A stretch of 64,000 nt of DNA from Terriglobia bacterium (GTDB lineage: Bacteria; Acidobacteriota; Terriglobia; Terriglobales; Acidobacteriaceae). The DNA lies in NCBI GenBank assembly GCA_963813645.1, contig CAWEZS010000012.1:225846-289845 (forward strand), written 5' to 3'. This document shows positions 34,628 to 44,223 of the stretch, piece by piece. Each line of letters starts with the position of its first letter. Position 1 is the stretch's first letter. Under the pieces are notes generated by a model, which was not told the DNA's origin, did no database searches, and worked only from the letters and a program-made list of their open reading frames with translations. The position numbers and the translations under genes are program-made.

Positions 34628-37006
34628 ATGGCTGACGTAAACATCACGGTAGACGGCAAGAAGGTCACGGCTCCGGCTGGGACTCTGCTGATTGAAGCCT
34701 GCAAGACTGTGGGCATCGAAGTACCTTCGTTTTGCTACTACCCGAATCTCTCGCTGCAGGGCGCTTGCCGCATGTGCCTGGTAAAAATCGAGAAGATGCC
34801 GAAGCTGCAGACTGCGTGCACCACGGTCGTTGGCGAAGGCATGGTTGTGATTACGGACAGCGATGAAGTGCATCAGGCACGCAAGGGCATGGTGGAATTG
34901 CTGCTAGGTAATCATCCTCTTGATTGTCCGGTGTGCGATGCCGGGGGCGAGTGCGAATTGCAGGACATGACATTCTCTTACGGCGCCGCGGAGTCGAAGT
35001 ACATGGAACCCAAGAACCACAAAGAGGAGCAGCAGTGGTCTCCCGTGGTGTACTTCGACCGGCCGCGCTGCATCCTTTGTTATCGCTGCGTGCGGGTGTG
35101 CGGCGAGGGCATGGACGTTTGGGCACTGGGAGTACAGAATCGCGGCGTGGGTTCGATCATCGCACCCAATAAAGAAGACCACCTGGAGTGCGAAGAGTGC
35201 GGCATGTGCATTGACATCTGTCCGGTAGGCGCGCTGACTTCGGGGGCTTACCGTTATAAGACGCGTCCCTGGGAGATGAACCACGTCGGCACCACCTGTA
35301 CCCATTGCGCGGACGGATGCAAGACCACGCTGGGCGTGCGGCGTTCCGAAACCGGTATGGAGATTGTGCGCGGAGACAATCGCGACAAAAGCGGCATCAA
35401 CGGCGATTTCCTCTGCATCAAGGGCCGCTACGCATTTGATTTTGCCAACCGCGAGGACCGCCTGACCCAGCCGCTGATTCGTAAAGATGGACAACTGGTC
35501 CCGGCTACCTGGGAAGCGGCGTTTGAACTGATCGGAAAACGCTTCAAGGAAGCTCGCGATCAAAATGGCGGGCAGGCGATAGGGGTCGTAGGTTCAAACC
35601 GCACCACCAACGAAGAGAATTATCTCTTGCAGAAGTTCGCTCGCGTGGTTTTACAAACCAATAACATCGACCATCACCGCACAGCGGACTTCCCTGCATT
35701 TGCCGCGGCGCTTGGAGGCAAGCCAGAATCCGCCGCCAGCATGCGCGATGTGTTCAATGCGCCGGCAATTCTGCTGATTGGAAACGATCCAACGGAACAG
35801 CATCCGTTGCTAGCTTGGCAGATTCGGAATAACGTTCGACTGCACAACGCGAAACTGTATGTGGTGAATTCTGCGGACATCAAACTTCACCGGCAGGCGG
35901 CTGGGTTTTTGCGGATTCCCGCGGGTACGGAGGGGCGGTTCACCGCCTTCCTGGCGGGAGATGATTCTGCGGCGAATGCCATCACCAGCCATGTGGCCGC
36001 GGGCGGCTCGCCCGCGCAGCCCAGCCCTGGCGAGTTTCGCGACCAGCTTCGCGGCGAGCAGAACCTGGTCATCATTTTCGGCGCCGAGATTCGCGGTGGC
36101 GATATTGCTTCCCTGGTCAAGTTTGGCTCGGGCATTCCTGGAGCAAAGTTTTTGTGTCTCGCCGACTATGCCAACTCTCGGGGCGCGGCCGACATGGGCC
36201 TCTATCCCGACTTGCTGCCCGGCTATCATCCGATCGCCGACTCTGGAAAATTCCATGAGGAGTGGGGCGGAGTTCCGCAAACGACCGGATTGACCTTGCC
36301 GGAGATGGTTGAGAGCGCCGGCTCGGGAAAATTGAAAGCGCTCTACGTGGTAGGCGCCAATCCAGTGGGAAGGTTCGGCATCGATCCTTTTGTTTTTTCG
36401 CAGAGTTTCGTGGTGGTACAGGACATGTTCCTGACCGAAACTGCGGTTTTGGCCGACGTGGTTTTGCCGGCGGCCAACGCCTACGAGAAATCAGGGACGT
36501 TCACCAATACTTGCGGCGATCTGCAACTGGTGAAGAAGGCAGGAGAGGTCAGCGGCAGCAAGTCCGATTTCGAGATGATCGTACGCGTCGCGGATGCGAT
36601 GGGGACGGACATCCACAAACTGGTTCCGTTCGGCCGGGGCGAGGCCGCGGACATGGGACAATCGCGCGGGGCACAATCGGGAGAAGCTGACCGGCATGGT
36701 GTCTGGCTCGAGGCGCACGGGCTGGAGCCGAAGATGAGTCCGTTTGATCCCATGGCGATTCTCGACGAAATTCAACGGCTGGTGCCGGGATACGAAGTTT
36801 TGCGGATGAACCTGCTGGCGGGTAACGATCAGCACACGACACTGGTAGGCAGCACGACCGGAGCTTCGCAGGATCCAGCGCTGATTGCTCCCGCGAATGA
36901 CAACCTGTTTAGCTCGGGTACGTTGGGGCGCTATTCGCGGACGCTGAACTCGGTGATGGAGAACCACAACCGACAGCCGGTGGAATCTGAAGTTGCAGCG
37001 GACTGA
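34628..37006 (+). CDS. nuoG: NADH-quinone oxidoreductase subunit G
   Basis: 2Fe-2S and 4Fe-4S cysteine motifs (CRMCLV, HPLDCPVCDAGGEC, CILCYRCVRVC, CEECGMCIDICP) plus a molybdopterin-like domain. Confidence 0.95.
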   Translation: MADVNITVDGKKVTAPAGTLLIEACKTVGIEVPSFCYYPNLSLQGACRMCLVKIEKMPKLQTACTTVVGEGMVVITDSDEVHQARKGMVELLLGNHPLDCPVCDAGGECELQDMTFSYGAAESKYMEPKNHKEEQQWSPVVYFDRPRCILCYRCVRVCGEGMDVWALGVQNRGVGSIIAPNKEDHLECEECGMCIDICPVGALTSGAYRYKTRPWEMNHVGTTCTHCADGCKTTLGVRRSETGMEIVRGDNRDKSGINGDFLCIKGRYAFDFANREDRLTQPLIRKDGQLVPATWEAAFELIGKRFKEARDQNGGQAIGVVGSNRTTNEENYLLQKFARVVLQTNNIDHHRTADFPAFAAALGGKPESAASMRDVFNAPAILLIGNDPTEQHPLLAWQIRNNVRLHNAKLYVVNSADIKLHRQAAGFLRIPAGTEGRFTAFLAGDDSAANAITSHVAAGGSPAQPSPGEFRDQLRGEQNLVIIFGAEIRGGDIASLVKFGSGIPGAKFLCLADYANSRGAADMGLYPDLLPGYHPIADSGKFHEEWGGVPQTTGLTLPEMVESAGSGKLKALYVVGANPVGRFGIDPFVFSQSFVVVQDMFLTETAVLADVVLPAANAYEKSGTFTNTCGDLQLVKKAGEVSGSKSDFEMIVRVADAMGTDIHKLVPFGRGEAADMGQSRGAQSGEADRHGVWLEAHGLEPKMSPFDPMAILDEIQRLVPGYEVLRMNLLAGNDQHTTLVGSTTGASQDPALIAPANDNLFSSGTLGRYSRTLNSVMENHNRQPVESEVAAD

Positions 37007-37045
37007 AAACTCTTTCTACACACTTTTATAGGGCAGGACGTATAC

Positions 37046-37070
37046 GCTGAGGGCGGGACGCCGGCGCTAC
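37046..37070. repeat. minimal family C remnant (minus strand GTAGCGCCGGCGTCCCGCCCTCAGC)
   Basis: Joins the two ends seen in the 28873-28947 copy. Lies in the nuoG-nuoH spacer. Confidence 0.45.
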
Positions 37071-37082
37071 CTGGGATAACGT

Positions 37083-38123
37083 TTGAATATCACCACCTTC
37101 ATTATCGTTTCTTTCATCAAGACTGTGCTGGCACTGTTTGTGTTGCTAACGGCGGTGGCGTATACAGTCTGGCTAGAGCGCAAAGTTGTCGGCCACATGC
37201 AGAACCGCTGGGGACCCACTCGAGTGGGTCCGTTTGGCTTGCTGCAGCCGCTGGCGGACGGAATTAAGTTCCTGTTCAAGGAAGACCTGACGCCGCCGCA
37301 CGTGTACCGGCCGCTGTATATCGCGGCGCCGATCATTGCTGTCATGTGCGCCCTGACTTCAATCGCAGTGATTCCGGTGGGCAACTGGATCACGATCGGC
37401 AGCCTGCACATTCCGCTGCAGATCACGGATGTCAACATCGGATTGCTGATCATTCTGGGCGTTACTTCGCTCGGAGTGTACGGCGTCGCGCTGGCGGGTT
37501 GGTCATCGAACAGCAAGTATTCCCTGCTGGGTGGGCTGCGGGCCAGCGCGCAGATGATCAGTTACGAGATTTCGCTCGGGCTTTCCCTGGTGGGCGTGCT
37601 GATGCTTACCGGCAGCTTCAGCCTGCGAGATATCGTGGACGCGCAGAGCGGGACGTTTTGGTGGATTGTTCCGCGCTGGAACATTTTCTACGGCGGGCAG
37701 TTCATCGCTTTCTTTATTTATCTGATGTCGGCGTATGCGGAAACCAACCGCATCCCGTTCGATCTGCCAGAGGCGGAGACCGAACTGGTCGCGGGATATC
37801 ACACCGAGTACAGCGCCATGAAGTTTGCCATGTTTTTCATGGCCGAATACGCCAACATGATTACTGTCGCGGCCGTGGCTTCGCTCCTGTTTTTAGGCGG
37901 CTGGCATGGCCCGGTGTTTGGGCCACCGATCTTGCAGGCGCTTCTGCCAGTCTTTTGGTTTGCGTTAAGGATCTTTGGCTTTCTGTTTCTATATATATGG
38001 GTGCGCGGCACCTTGCCCCGGTTTCGTTATGATCAGCTCATGGCATTCGGGTGGAAATTTCTTTTGCCGCTGGCGATCGCAAATCTGGTGGTGACGGCGC
38101 TGGTGGTGGCGTTGCGGGCTTGA
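37083..38123 (+). CDS. nuoH: NADH-quinone oxidoreductase subunit H
   Basis: ERKVVGHMQNRWGPTRVGPFGLLQPLADG...AETNRIPFDLPEAETELVAGYHTEYS. TTG start. Confidence 0.95.
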   Translation: MNITTFIIVSFIKTVLALFVLLTAVAYTVWLERKVVGHMQNRWGPTRVGPFGLLQPLADGIKFLFKEDLTPPHVYRPLYIAAPIIAVMCALTSIAVIPVGNWITIGSLHIPLQITDVNIGLLIILGVTSLGVYGVALAGWSSNSKYSLLGGLRASAQMISYEISLGLSLVGVLMLTGSFSLRDIVDAQSGTFWWIVPRWNIFYGGQFIAFFIYLMSAYAETNRIPFDLPEAETELVAGYHTEYSAMKFAMFFMAEYANMITVAAVASLLFLGGWHGPVFGPPILQALLPVFWFALRIFGFLFLYIWVRGTLPRFRYDQLMAFGWKFLLPLAIANLVVTALVVALRA

Positions 38124-38126
38124 TAA

Positions 38127-38162
38127 TCAGTTTCTAGTTTCCTGTTTCTGGTTTCCAGTTTC
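38127..38162. repeat. five tandem heptads NNGTTTC abutting the nuoJ ATG
   Basis: CAGTTTC TAGTTTC CTGTTTC TGGTTTC CAGTTTC ATG. Confidence 0.7.
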
Positions 38163-38681
38163 ATGACTCATCTGATCGTATTTCTGTTCTTCGGGGCGTT
38201 GTGCGTGGCGGGGGCGGTAAACCTGCTGGTGCAACGGCATCCCATCAACAGCGCGCTCTCGTTGGTGGTGGTGATGGCGTCGCTGGCGGTGGAATATCTT
38301 CTGCTGGGAGCGGAGTTCGTCGCGGCAGTGCAAGTCATCGTGTACGCAGGCGCGGTCATGGTGTTGTTTGTGTTTGTCATCATGCTGTTGAACGCGGGAG
38401 AGGAAGAGCGCACTAAAGGAAGTCGCGTAGCGCTCCTGTTTGGAGTCCCCGGAGTGCTGGTGGGCAGCGTGCTGGTGGGTTGGGTGCTGATCGAACGCAC
38501 TGGCAGCCAGACGGTATCCGCCGGGGCTCTACCCGGCGCGCCGCGGACCATTGGCTGGCTGCTGTTTCACAATTTCCTTCTCCCGTTTGAAGTGACTTCG
38601 ATTCTGGTGCTGATCGCCATTATGGGCGCCGTCGTTCTGGCCAGCCATCCCGACACGGACTCAGGAAAGAAGGAGGGCTGA
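38163..38681 (+). CDS. nuoJ: NADH-quinone oxidoreductase subunit J
   Basis: 172 aa, with the hydrophobic pattern and VQVIVYAGAVMVLFVFVIMLL typical of NuoJ. Confidence 0.9.
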   Translation: MTHLIVFLFFGALCVAGAVNLLVQRHPINSALSLVVVMASLAVEYLLLGAEFVAAVQVIVYAGAVMVLFVFVIMLLNAGEEERTKGSRVALLFGVPGVLVGSVLVGWVLIERTGSQTVSAGALPGAPRTIGWLLFHNFLLPFEVTSILVLIAIMGAVVLASHPDTDSGKKEG

Positions 38682-38983
38682 TGGTGCCGATCTCGTACTA
38701 CCTCATTCTCAGCGGGATTCTGTTTGCCTGCGGCGTGACCGGTTTTCTGATCAAGCGCAACATCATCAGCATTTTCATGTCGATTGAACTGATGTTGAAT
38801 GGCGTGAATCTTTCATTCGTCGCATTTGCCGCGCAGTGGCATGCCTTGAGCGGACAAATATTCGTATTCTTCGTGATGGTGGTGGCGGCGGCCGAGGCGG
38901 CGGTGGGACTGGCGATCATCATCGCCGTTTACCGCACCCGTGAAACTCTGAACGTCGACCAGGTGGATTTGCTCAAACTATGA
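38681..38983 (+). CDS. nuoK: NADH-quinone oxidoreductase subunit K
   Basis: 100 aa: MSIELMLNGVNL...AAAEAAVGLAI. 1-nt overlap with the nuoJ stop. Confidence 0.95.
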   Translation: MVPISYYLILSGILFACGVTGFLIKRNIISIFMSIELMLNGVNLSFVAFAAQWHALSGQIFVFFVMVVAAAEAAVGLAIIIAVYRTRETLNVDQVDLLKL

Positions 38984-41034
38984 CGCCCGATTTGCATCTG
39001 TGGATCATCCCAATGCTGCCGCTGGTGGGCGCCGCGATCAACGGTTTCCTGGGCAAAAAGTTTTCCCGGCAAACCGTCGCCGCCGTAGCCCTGTTGTTCA
39101 GCGGCATGGCGTTTGCGATGGTGCTATTTGTAGCGTCCCGCTTCTCCTCGCTGAGCACGCCACACATCGAGTTTCTCGCCACCTGGATCCGCGCCGGAAA
39201 GTTTCAGGTCGACTTCTCCTTTTACCTCGACCAGCTGTCTTTGGTGATGCTGCTGGTCGTGACGGGTGTCGGATTCCTTATTCACATCTATTCCGTCGGT
39301 TATATGTGGGAGGAAGGCGGGTTCTATCGCTTCTTCGCCTACCTGAATCTGTTCATGTTCTTCATGCTGACGCTGGTGCTCGCGAGCAACTACCTGCTGA
39401 TGTTCATCGGATGGGAAGGCGTGGGCCTGGCTTCATATCTTCTGATTGGGTTCTGGTTCACCAAGGACTCGGCAGCATCGGCCGGAAAGAAAGCGTTCAT
39501 CGTCAATCGGGTCGGCGATTTCGGATTTCTGATTGCACTATTTCTGCTGATAAAGCATTTCGGCTCGCTGAATTTCGATCAGGTTTTCCAGGGCGTTATT
39601 CCGATGAGCCCCGAGAACGGCGGAGCCGGGCTACTCACCACCGTGGGCCTGCTGCTGATGGTGGGAGCTGCGGGCAAGTCGGCGCAGATTCCGCTCTATG
39701 TGTGGCTGCCCGACGCCATGGAAGGCCCGACTCCGGTCTCCGCGCTGATTCACGCCGCGACCATGGTGACCGCTGGCGTGTATATGGTTTCCCGGTCGCA
39801 CGTAATTTTCGAGCGGGCGCCAATGGCCTTGACGGTTGTGGCCATCATCGGGACGCTGACTGCCTTGTTCGCCGCCACTATCGGCATCACGCAGACGGAC
39901 ATTAAGAAGGTACTGGCATACTCCACGATTTCGCAGCTTGGGTATATGTTCATGGCCTGCGGGGTGGGGGCTTTTTCAGCAGGTATTTTCCATCTGATGA
40001 CGCACGCCTTCTTCAAGGGGTTGCTGTTTCTGGCCGCCGGGTCGGTGATTCACGCGGTGAGCGGCGAACAGGACATGCGTCAGATGGGCGGGTTGCGCAC
40101 CAAGATTCCTTGGACCTTCTGGACCATGACGATCGCTACGTTCGCTATCGCAGGGATTCCACCGTTTGCCGGATTCTTCAGCAAGGATGAAATTTTGTGG
40201 CGGGCTTACCAGGCTAGTTGGGTCTATTGGTTTATCGGATTGTTCACGGCATTTCTCACTTCCTTTTATATGTTCCGGTTGTGGTTCATGACCTTTTTCG
40301 GGGAATACCGTGGGACGGCGGAAGCACATGATGAAGCCGGACACGATTTGGCGCATCACGACCTGCAGGCGGGGGCGCCCGCACCACATGGGCACAGACA
40401 TGGGCATAGCGGGATTCATGAGAGTCCGCGGGTGATGGTGATTCCGCTCGTCGTGCTGGCGTTCCTCTCTCTTACAGGCGGGTGGATTGGGGTTCCGGGA
40501 TCGCTCGGCGGGAGCAATCGCTTCGACAAATTTCTCGGGCCGGTATTCCACTCGACGATCGCAGCCAGTACTGAAGGCCATGGGTTGGCGGCGACGCCAG
40601 AGAGAGAAGCGGAAGGCCCCGAGCCGCACACTGGTCATGTGACCGAGCTGATCTTCACCGGCATTTCAGTGTTTGCGGGACTACTCGGATTTCTGCTGGC
40701 GTGGCAGCTTTACTATCGCAACCCGCAGTTGCCGCAGCAGATCGCGGCGGGGTTGGGAGGTCTCTACGACGCGGTGGTCCACAAGTACTACATCGATGAG
40801 TTGTACGCGACTTTGTTCGTCAAGCCGCTCATCGCCGGCTCTGCCCTGATTTTGTGGCACGGCATAGACCAGGATGTGATCGATGCCTCGGTGGACAACG
40901 GCGCGCATGGGGCAAATGAGGTTTCTGATTCGGTTCGTCACATGCAATCCGGCAACCTGCGCTCGTACGCTGGATGGGTGGCAGCGGGAGCCGCCGCGGT
41001 GATCGCTTACATGGTCTGGATGGGAACACGATGA
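38980..41034 (+). CDS. nuoL: NADH-quinone oxidoreductase subunit L
   Basis: GWEGVGLASYLLIGFW, SALIHAATMVTAGVY. ATGA overlap with nuoK. Confidence 0.95.
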   Translation: MTPDLHLWIIPMLPLVGAAINGFLGKKFSRQTVAAVALLFSGMAFAMVLFVASRFSSLSTPHIEFLATWIRAGKFQVDFSFYLDQLSLVMLLVVTGVGFLIHIYSVGYMWEEGGFYRFFAYLNLFMFFMLTLVLASNYLLMFIGWEGVGLASYLLIGFWFTKDSAASAGKKAFIVNRVGDFGFLIALFLLIKHFGSLNFDQVFQGVIPMSPENGGAGLLTTVGLLLMVGAAGKSAQIPLYVWLPDAMEGPTPVSALIHAATMVTAGVYMVSRSHVIFERAPMALTVVAIIGTLTALFAATIGITQTDIKKVLAYSTISQLGYMFMACGVGAFSAGIFHLMTHAFFKGLLFLAAGSVIHAVSGEQDMRQMGGLRTKIPWTFWTMTIATFAIAGIPPFAGFFSKDEILWRAYQASWVYWFIGLFTAFLTSFYMFRLWFMTFFGEYRGTAEAHDEAGHDLAHHDLQAGAPAPHGHRHGHSGIHESPRVMVIPLVVLAFLSLTGGWIGVPGSLGGSNRFDKFLGPVFHSTIAASTEGHGLAATPEREAEGPEPHTGHVTELIFTGISVFAGLLGFLLAWQLYYRNPQLPQQIAAGLGGLYDAVVHKYYIDELYATLFVKPLIAGSALILWHGIDQDVIDASVDNGAHGANEVSDSVRHMQSGNLRSYAGWVAAGAAAVIAYMVWMGTR

Positions 41035-42548
41035 ACGCGGATAATTGGAGCCCGTTTATTCTGACGCTGGTGACCTTCATCCCGCTGGCGGGAGCGTTGC
41101 TGTTGTTGTCGTTGCCGCGGCGTGATCGCGATATCCGGGTATTTTCCCTGGTGGTTACGCTGTTTACGTTTGTCCTGTCACTGCATTTGCCGGTCCACTT
41201 CCATCGGGCCCAGACCGGGTTTCAATATGAACTCGATCGCGCATGGATTCCGATACCCAACATTCATTACCACATGGGCGTGGACGGAATATCCATGTGG
41301 CTGGTGGTACTTACCACTTTTCTCACCCCACTGTGCGTGCTGATCTCCTGGAAATCGATTCATGAGCGGGTAAAGGAATTCTTCATCATCTTGCTGGTGC
41401 TGGAGACGGCGCTGATCGGCGTCTTCGTGGCGCTCGATCTGTTCATGTTCTATTTCTTTTGGGAAGCCACCCTGATTCCGATGGCATTGCTGATTGGAAT
41501 GTACGGGCATGGCCGAAAGGTTTATGCAGCCGTCAAGTTCTTCATGTACACCATGATCGCGTCGGTGTTCATGCTGGCGGCGATTCTTTGGCTCTACGCC
41601 AAGGTCGGAACCTTTGATTTTGTCACCATACAGAACGCCATCCGCAGCGGCCAGGTGGAGAATTTTGCCAGCGCGGCACAGTGGCTTTTCCTGGGATTCT
41701 TCATCGCGTTTGCGGTCAAAGTTCCGCTCTTTCCTTTTCACACCTGGTTGCCCGACGCCCACGTAGAGGCGCCCACCGCGGGGTCCGTATTGCTGGCCGG
41801 GGTGTTGCTGAAGATGGGGACGTACGGAATGTTGCGTTTCAACCTCGGGCTGTTCCCCGACCAGGCCCGCGCCAACGCCTGGTGGGTCATGATTCTGGCG
41901 CTGATCGGCATTATTTATGGCGCGCTGGTGGCGCTGGTACAGCCCAACATGAAGAAGCTGATCGCCTACTCCTCGATCAGCCACCTGGGCTTTGTGGTGT
42001 TGGGAATTTTCAGCTTCACACAGGTTGGCTTGGACGGCGCGACGTTCGTGATGCTGGCGCACGGCGTATCGACTGGGGCTTTGTTCATGCTGGCGGGCAT
42101 CCTTTACGAGCGCCGCCACACCTACGACATTTCGGAATTCGGCGGGCTCGCGAGCTCGATGCCGGTGTACGCAAGTTTCTTCCTGTTCGTGGTGCTGGCC
42201 TCGGTCGGGTTGCCCCTGCTGAACGGCTTTATCGGAGAGTTCCTGGTGCTGAGTGGAGCGTTTCAGGATCGTGCGGTTTACGGAGTTCTGGGCGCGACCG
42301 GCATCATCTGGAGTGCGGGTTACCTACTATGGATGTACCAGCGAGTTTTCTACGGAAAGATCACGCATCCCGTGAACGAAACTCTGCCTGATCTGGATAC
42401 GCGTGAGCACATCGCTCTTCTGCCCGCAGCCGCCGCCGCGTTGGTGATGGGCGTGGCGCCCCTGCTGTGGTTGAACGCCATCGATCCCTCCGTTCAAACC
42501 GCGTTGGCGCCCTTCGCGCAATTGGCCAGCAAGGTGGTTGGCCAGTGA
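41031..42548 (+). CDS. nuoM: NADH-quinone oxidoreductase subunit M
   Basis: FFWEATLIPM, HTWLPDAHVEAPTAGSVLLAGVLLKMG. ATGA overlap with nuoL. Confidence 0.95.
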   Translation: MNADNWSPFILTLVTFIPLAGALLLLSLPRRDRDIRVFSLVVTLFTFVLSLHLPVHFHRAQTGFQYELDRAWIPIPNIHYHMGVDGISMWLVVLTTFLTPLCVLISWKSIHERVKEFFIILLVLETALIGVFVALDLFMFYFFWEATLIPMALLIGMYGHGRKVYAAVKFFMYTMIASVFMLAAILWLYAKVGTFDFVTIQNAIRSGQVENFASAAQWLFLGFFIAFAVKVPLFPFHTWLPDAHVEAPTAGSVLLAGVLLKMGTYGMLRFNLGLFPDQARANAWWVMILALIGIIYGALVALVQPNMKKLIAYSSISHLGFVVLGIFSFTQVGLDGATFVMLAHGVSTGALFMLAGILYERRHTYDISEFGGLASSMPVYASFFLFVVLASVGLPLLNGFIGEFLVLSGAFQDRAVYGVLGATGIIWSAGYLLWMYQRVFYGKITHPVNETLPDLDTREHIALLPAAAAALVMGVAPLLWLNAIDPSVQTALAPFAQLASKVVGQ

Positions 42549-44008
42549 GTGCCGCCGGAGTGAGCCAGACCATACCTCAGAGCGTGGAGTACGTACGCAT
42601 TCTGCCGGAAATCATCCTGTCGTTGTTTGGCATGGCGATCATGGTGCTCGATCCCCTGGTAGACGAGCGTAGCAGCCAGAAGCTGCTAGGTTTCATCGCC
42701 CTGATCGGCTCCGTGGCAGCGATCGCGGCAACGCTTTATCAGTCGCAGTTCCCCGGCCTGGGATTCTGGGGCGTGATCAAAGTGGATGCGTTCAGCACCT
42801 TCTTCCACATTTTGATTACTGCGATCACTGCGGTAGTAATCCTCAGCTCTTTCGAGTACATGCAGGCACAGCAGATCCGGGCGGGAGAATATTACGGGCT
42901 GATTCTTTTCGGCGCGGTCGGCATGTGCCTGATGTCTTCAGCGGTCGAACTGGTGCTGGTCTTCATCGCGCTGGAGATTTCTTCGATTTCAACTTACGTG
43001 CTGACCGGATTCCGCAGGCGTGCGGCCATCAGCAGTGAAGCGTCGTTGAAATATTTCCTGCTGGGGTCTTTTGCTACGGCTTTTTTCCTTTACGGTGTGG
43101 CGCTGACATTTGGCGCGACCGGATCTACCAGCATTTCACTTATCGCCCTGGCACTTCGATCGAATCCGATTCCCGTGCTGGCCTATGCCGGGATCGCGTT
43201 CATGTTCGTGGGCCTGGGTTTCAAAGTGGCAGCCGCGCCTTTTCACATCTGGACACCCGACGTGTACGAAGGCGCTCCCGCGCCCGTCGTCGGCTTCATG
43301 TCAACCGCTCCCAAGGCAGCGGCATTCGCAGTCCTGCTGCGCGTAATGTTTGAAGCCAATGCGCCCGGGCGGCTTTGGTTGATCTGGGTCGCGGCCGCTC
43401 TTTCCATGACCCTGGGGAACGTGGGCGCACTAGTGCAGCAGAACGTCAAACGGCTGTTGGCATATTCTTCCATCGCGCATGCCGGATATCTTCTCGTAGC
43501 CTTTGCCGCGTTGCCTGCCAATGGCGTTCCCGCAGCTATGTTCTACACCGCGTCTTACGCAGCCATGAATGTCGGCGCGTTCGCCGTGGTCAGCCACATC
43601 GCGGGCGCTGGAGAGCGTTACGTCACCCTCGATGACTACGCGGGACTCGGACGGCGATCACCGCTTCTCGCCGCCACGCTAACGATTTTTTTGTTATCGC
43701 TAATCGGAATTCCGATGACCGGCGGCTTCTTCGCCAAGTTCTACGTGTTCAGCGCAGCGCTGCAAGCTAACCTGGTTGGACTTACCATCATCGGCGTACT
43801 CAACAGCGCCGTGGGCGCGTACTACTACCTGCGAATCATCGTGGTGATGTATATGCGTGAAGCGCGCGAAGAATTGCCGGCGATTCCGGTTACACCTGCT
43901 CTGGGGGCGGCGCTGGCCATCAGCGTGGCCGCCACTCTTTATCTTGGCGTGCTTCCTGGTCGAGTGTTGCAATACGCGTCACGGTCAGCGGCGGAGCTTT
44001 TACATTAG
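42545..44008 (+). CDS. nuoN: NADH-quinone oxidoreductase subunit N
   Basis: ALEISSISTYVL, PFHIWTPDVYEGAP. GTG 42545 overlaps the nuoM stop (GTGA). Confidence 0.9.
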   Translation: MSAAGVSQTIPQSVEYVRILPEIILSLFGMAIMVLDPLVDERSSQKLLGFIALIGSVAAIAATLYQSQFPGLGFWGVIKVDAFSTFFHILITAITAVVILSSFEYMQAQQIRAGEYYGLILFGAVGMCLMSSAVELVLVFIALEISSISTYVLTGFRRRAAISSEASLKYFLLGSFATAFFLYGVALTFGATGSTSISLIALALRSNPIPVLAYAGIAFMFVGLGFKVAAAPFHIWTPDVYEGAPAPVVGFMSTAPKAAAFAVLLRVMFEANAPGRLWLIWVAAALSMTLGNVGALVQQNVKRLLAYSSIAHAGYLLVAFAALPANGVPAAMFYTASYAAMNVGAFAVVSHIAGAGERYVTLDDYAGLGRRSPLLAATLTIFLLSLIGIPMTGGFFAKFYVFSAALQANLVGLTIIGVLNSAVGAYYYLRIIVVMYMREAREELPAIPVTPALGAALAISVAATLYLGVLPGRVLQYASRSAAELLH

Positions 44009-44153
44009 GTTTTAACGTCTGCGTTCTGTGCGGTAACGGGTTACCCAGGTTATCCCTCACTCAGCTTTGCCGCATCTTTAAAATCCGTCAAATCCCCTGT
44101 CCCACGGGCGTTTTGCGCGATGCAAGAAATGTGTGGATTTTGTGGATCAGCGA

Positions 44154-44182
44154 TTGACAATCGAGCACGATGCGTTCATCAT
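44154..44182 (+). promoter_or_regulatory. weak candidate promoter TTGACA-N17-CATCAT upstream of the flp gene
   Basis: Hexamers read by eye. A CAATCGAG direct repeat sits at about 44157 and 44190. Confidence 0.25.
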
Positions 44183-44223
44183 GGGTTTCAATCGAGAATA
44201 TTTTGGAGCCTTGGAGGTCAGTC

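Noticed and set aside
29906-44223. A hidden nuoB or nuoI in an alternative frame or fused to neighbouring nuo genes.
   Set aside because: Reading the six-frame ORFs by eye, I found no NuoB-type CCxxE/GxCxxxGG or NuoI-type double ferredoxin motif outside nuoG and nuoF. The gene junctions nuoA/nuoC (1-nt overlap) and nuoH/nuoJ (39 nt) leave no room.
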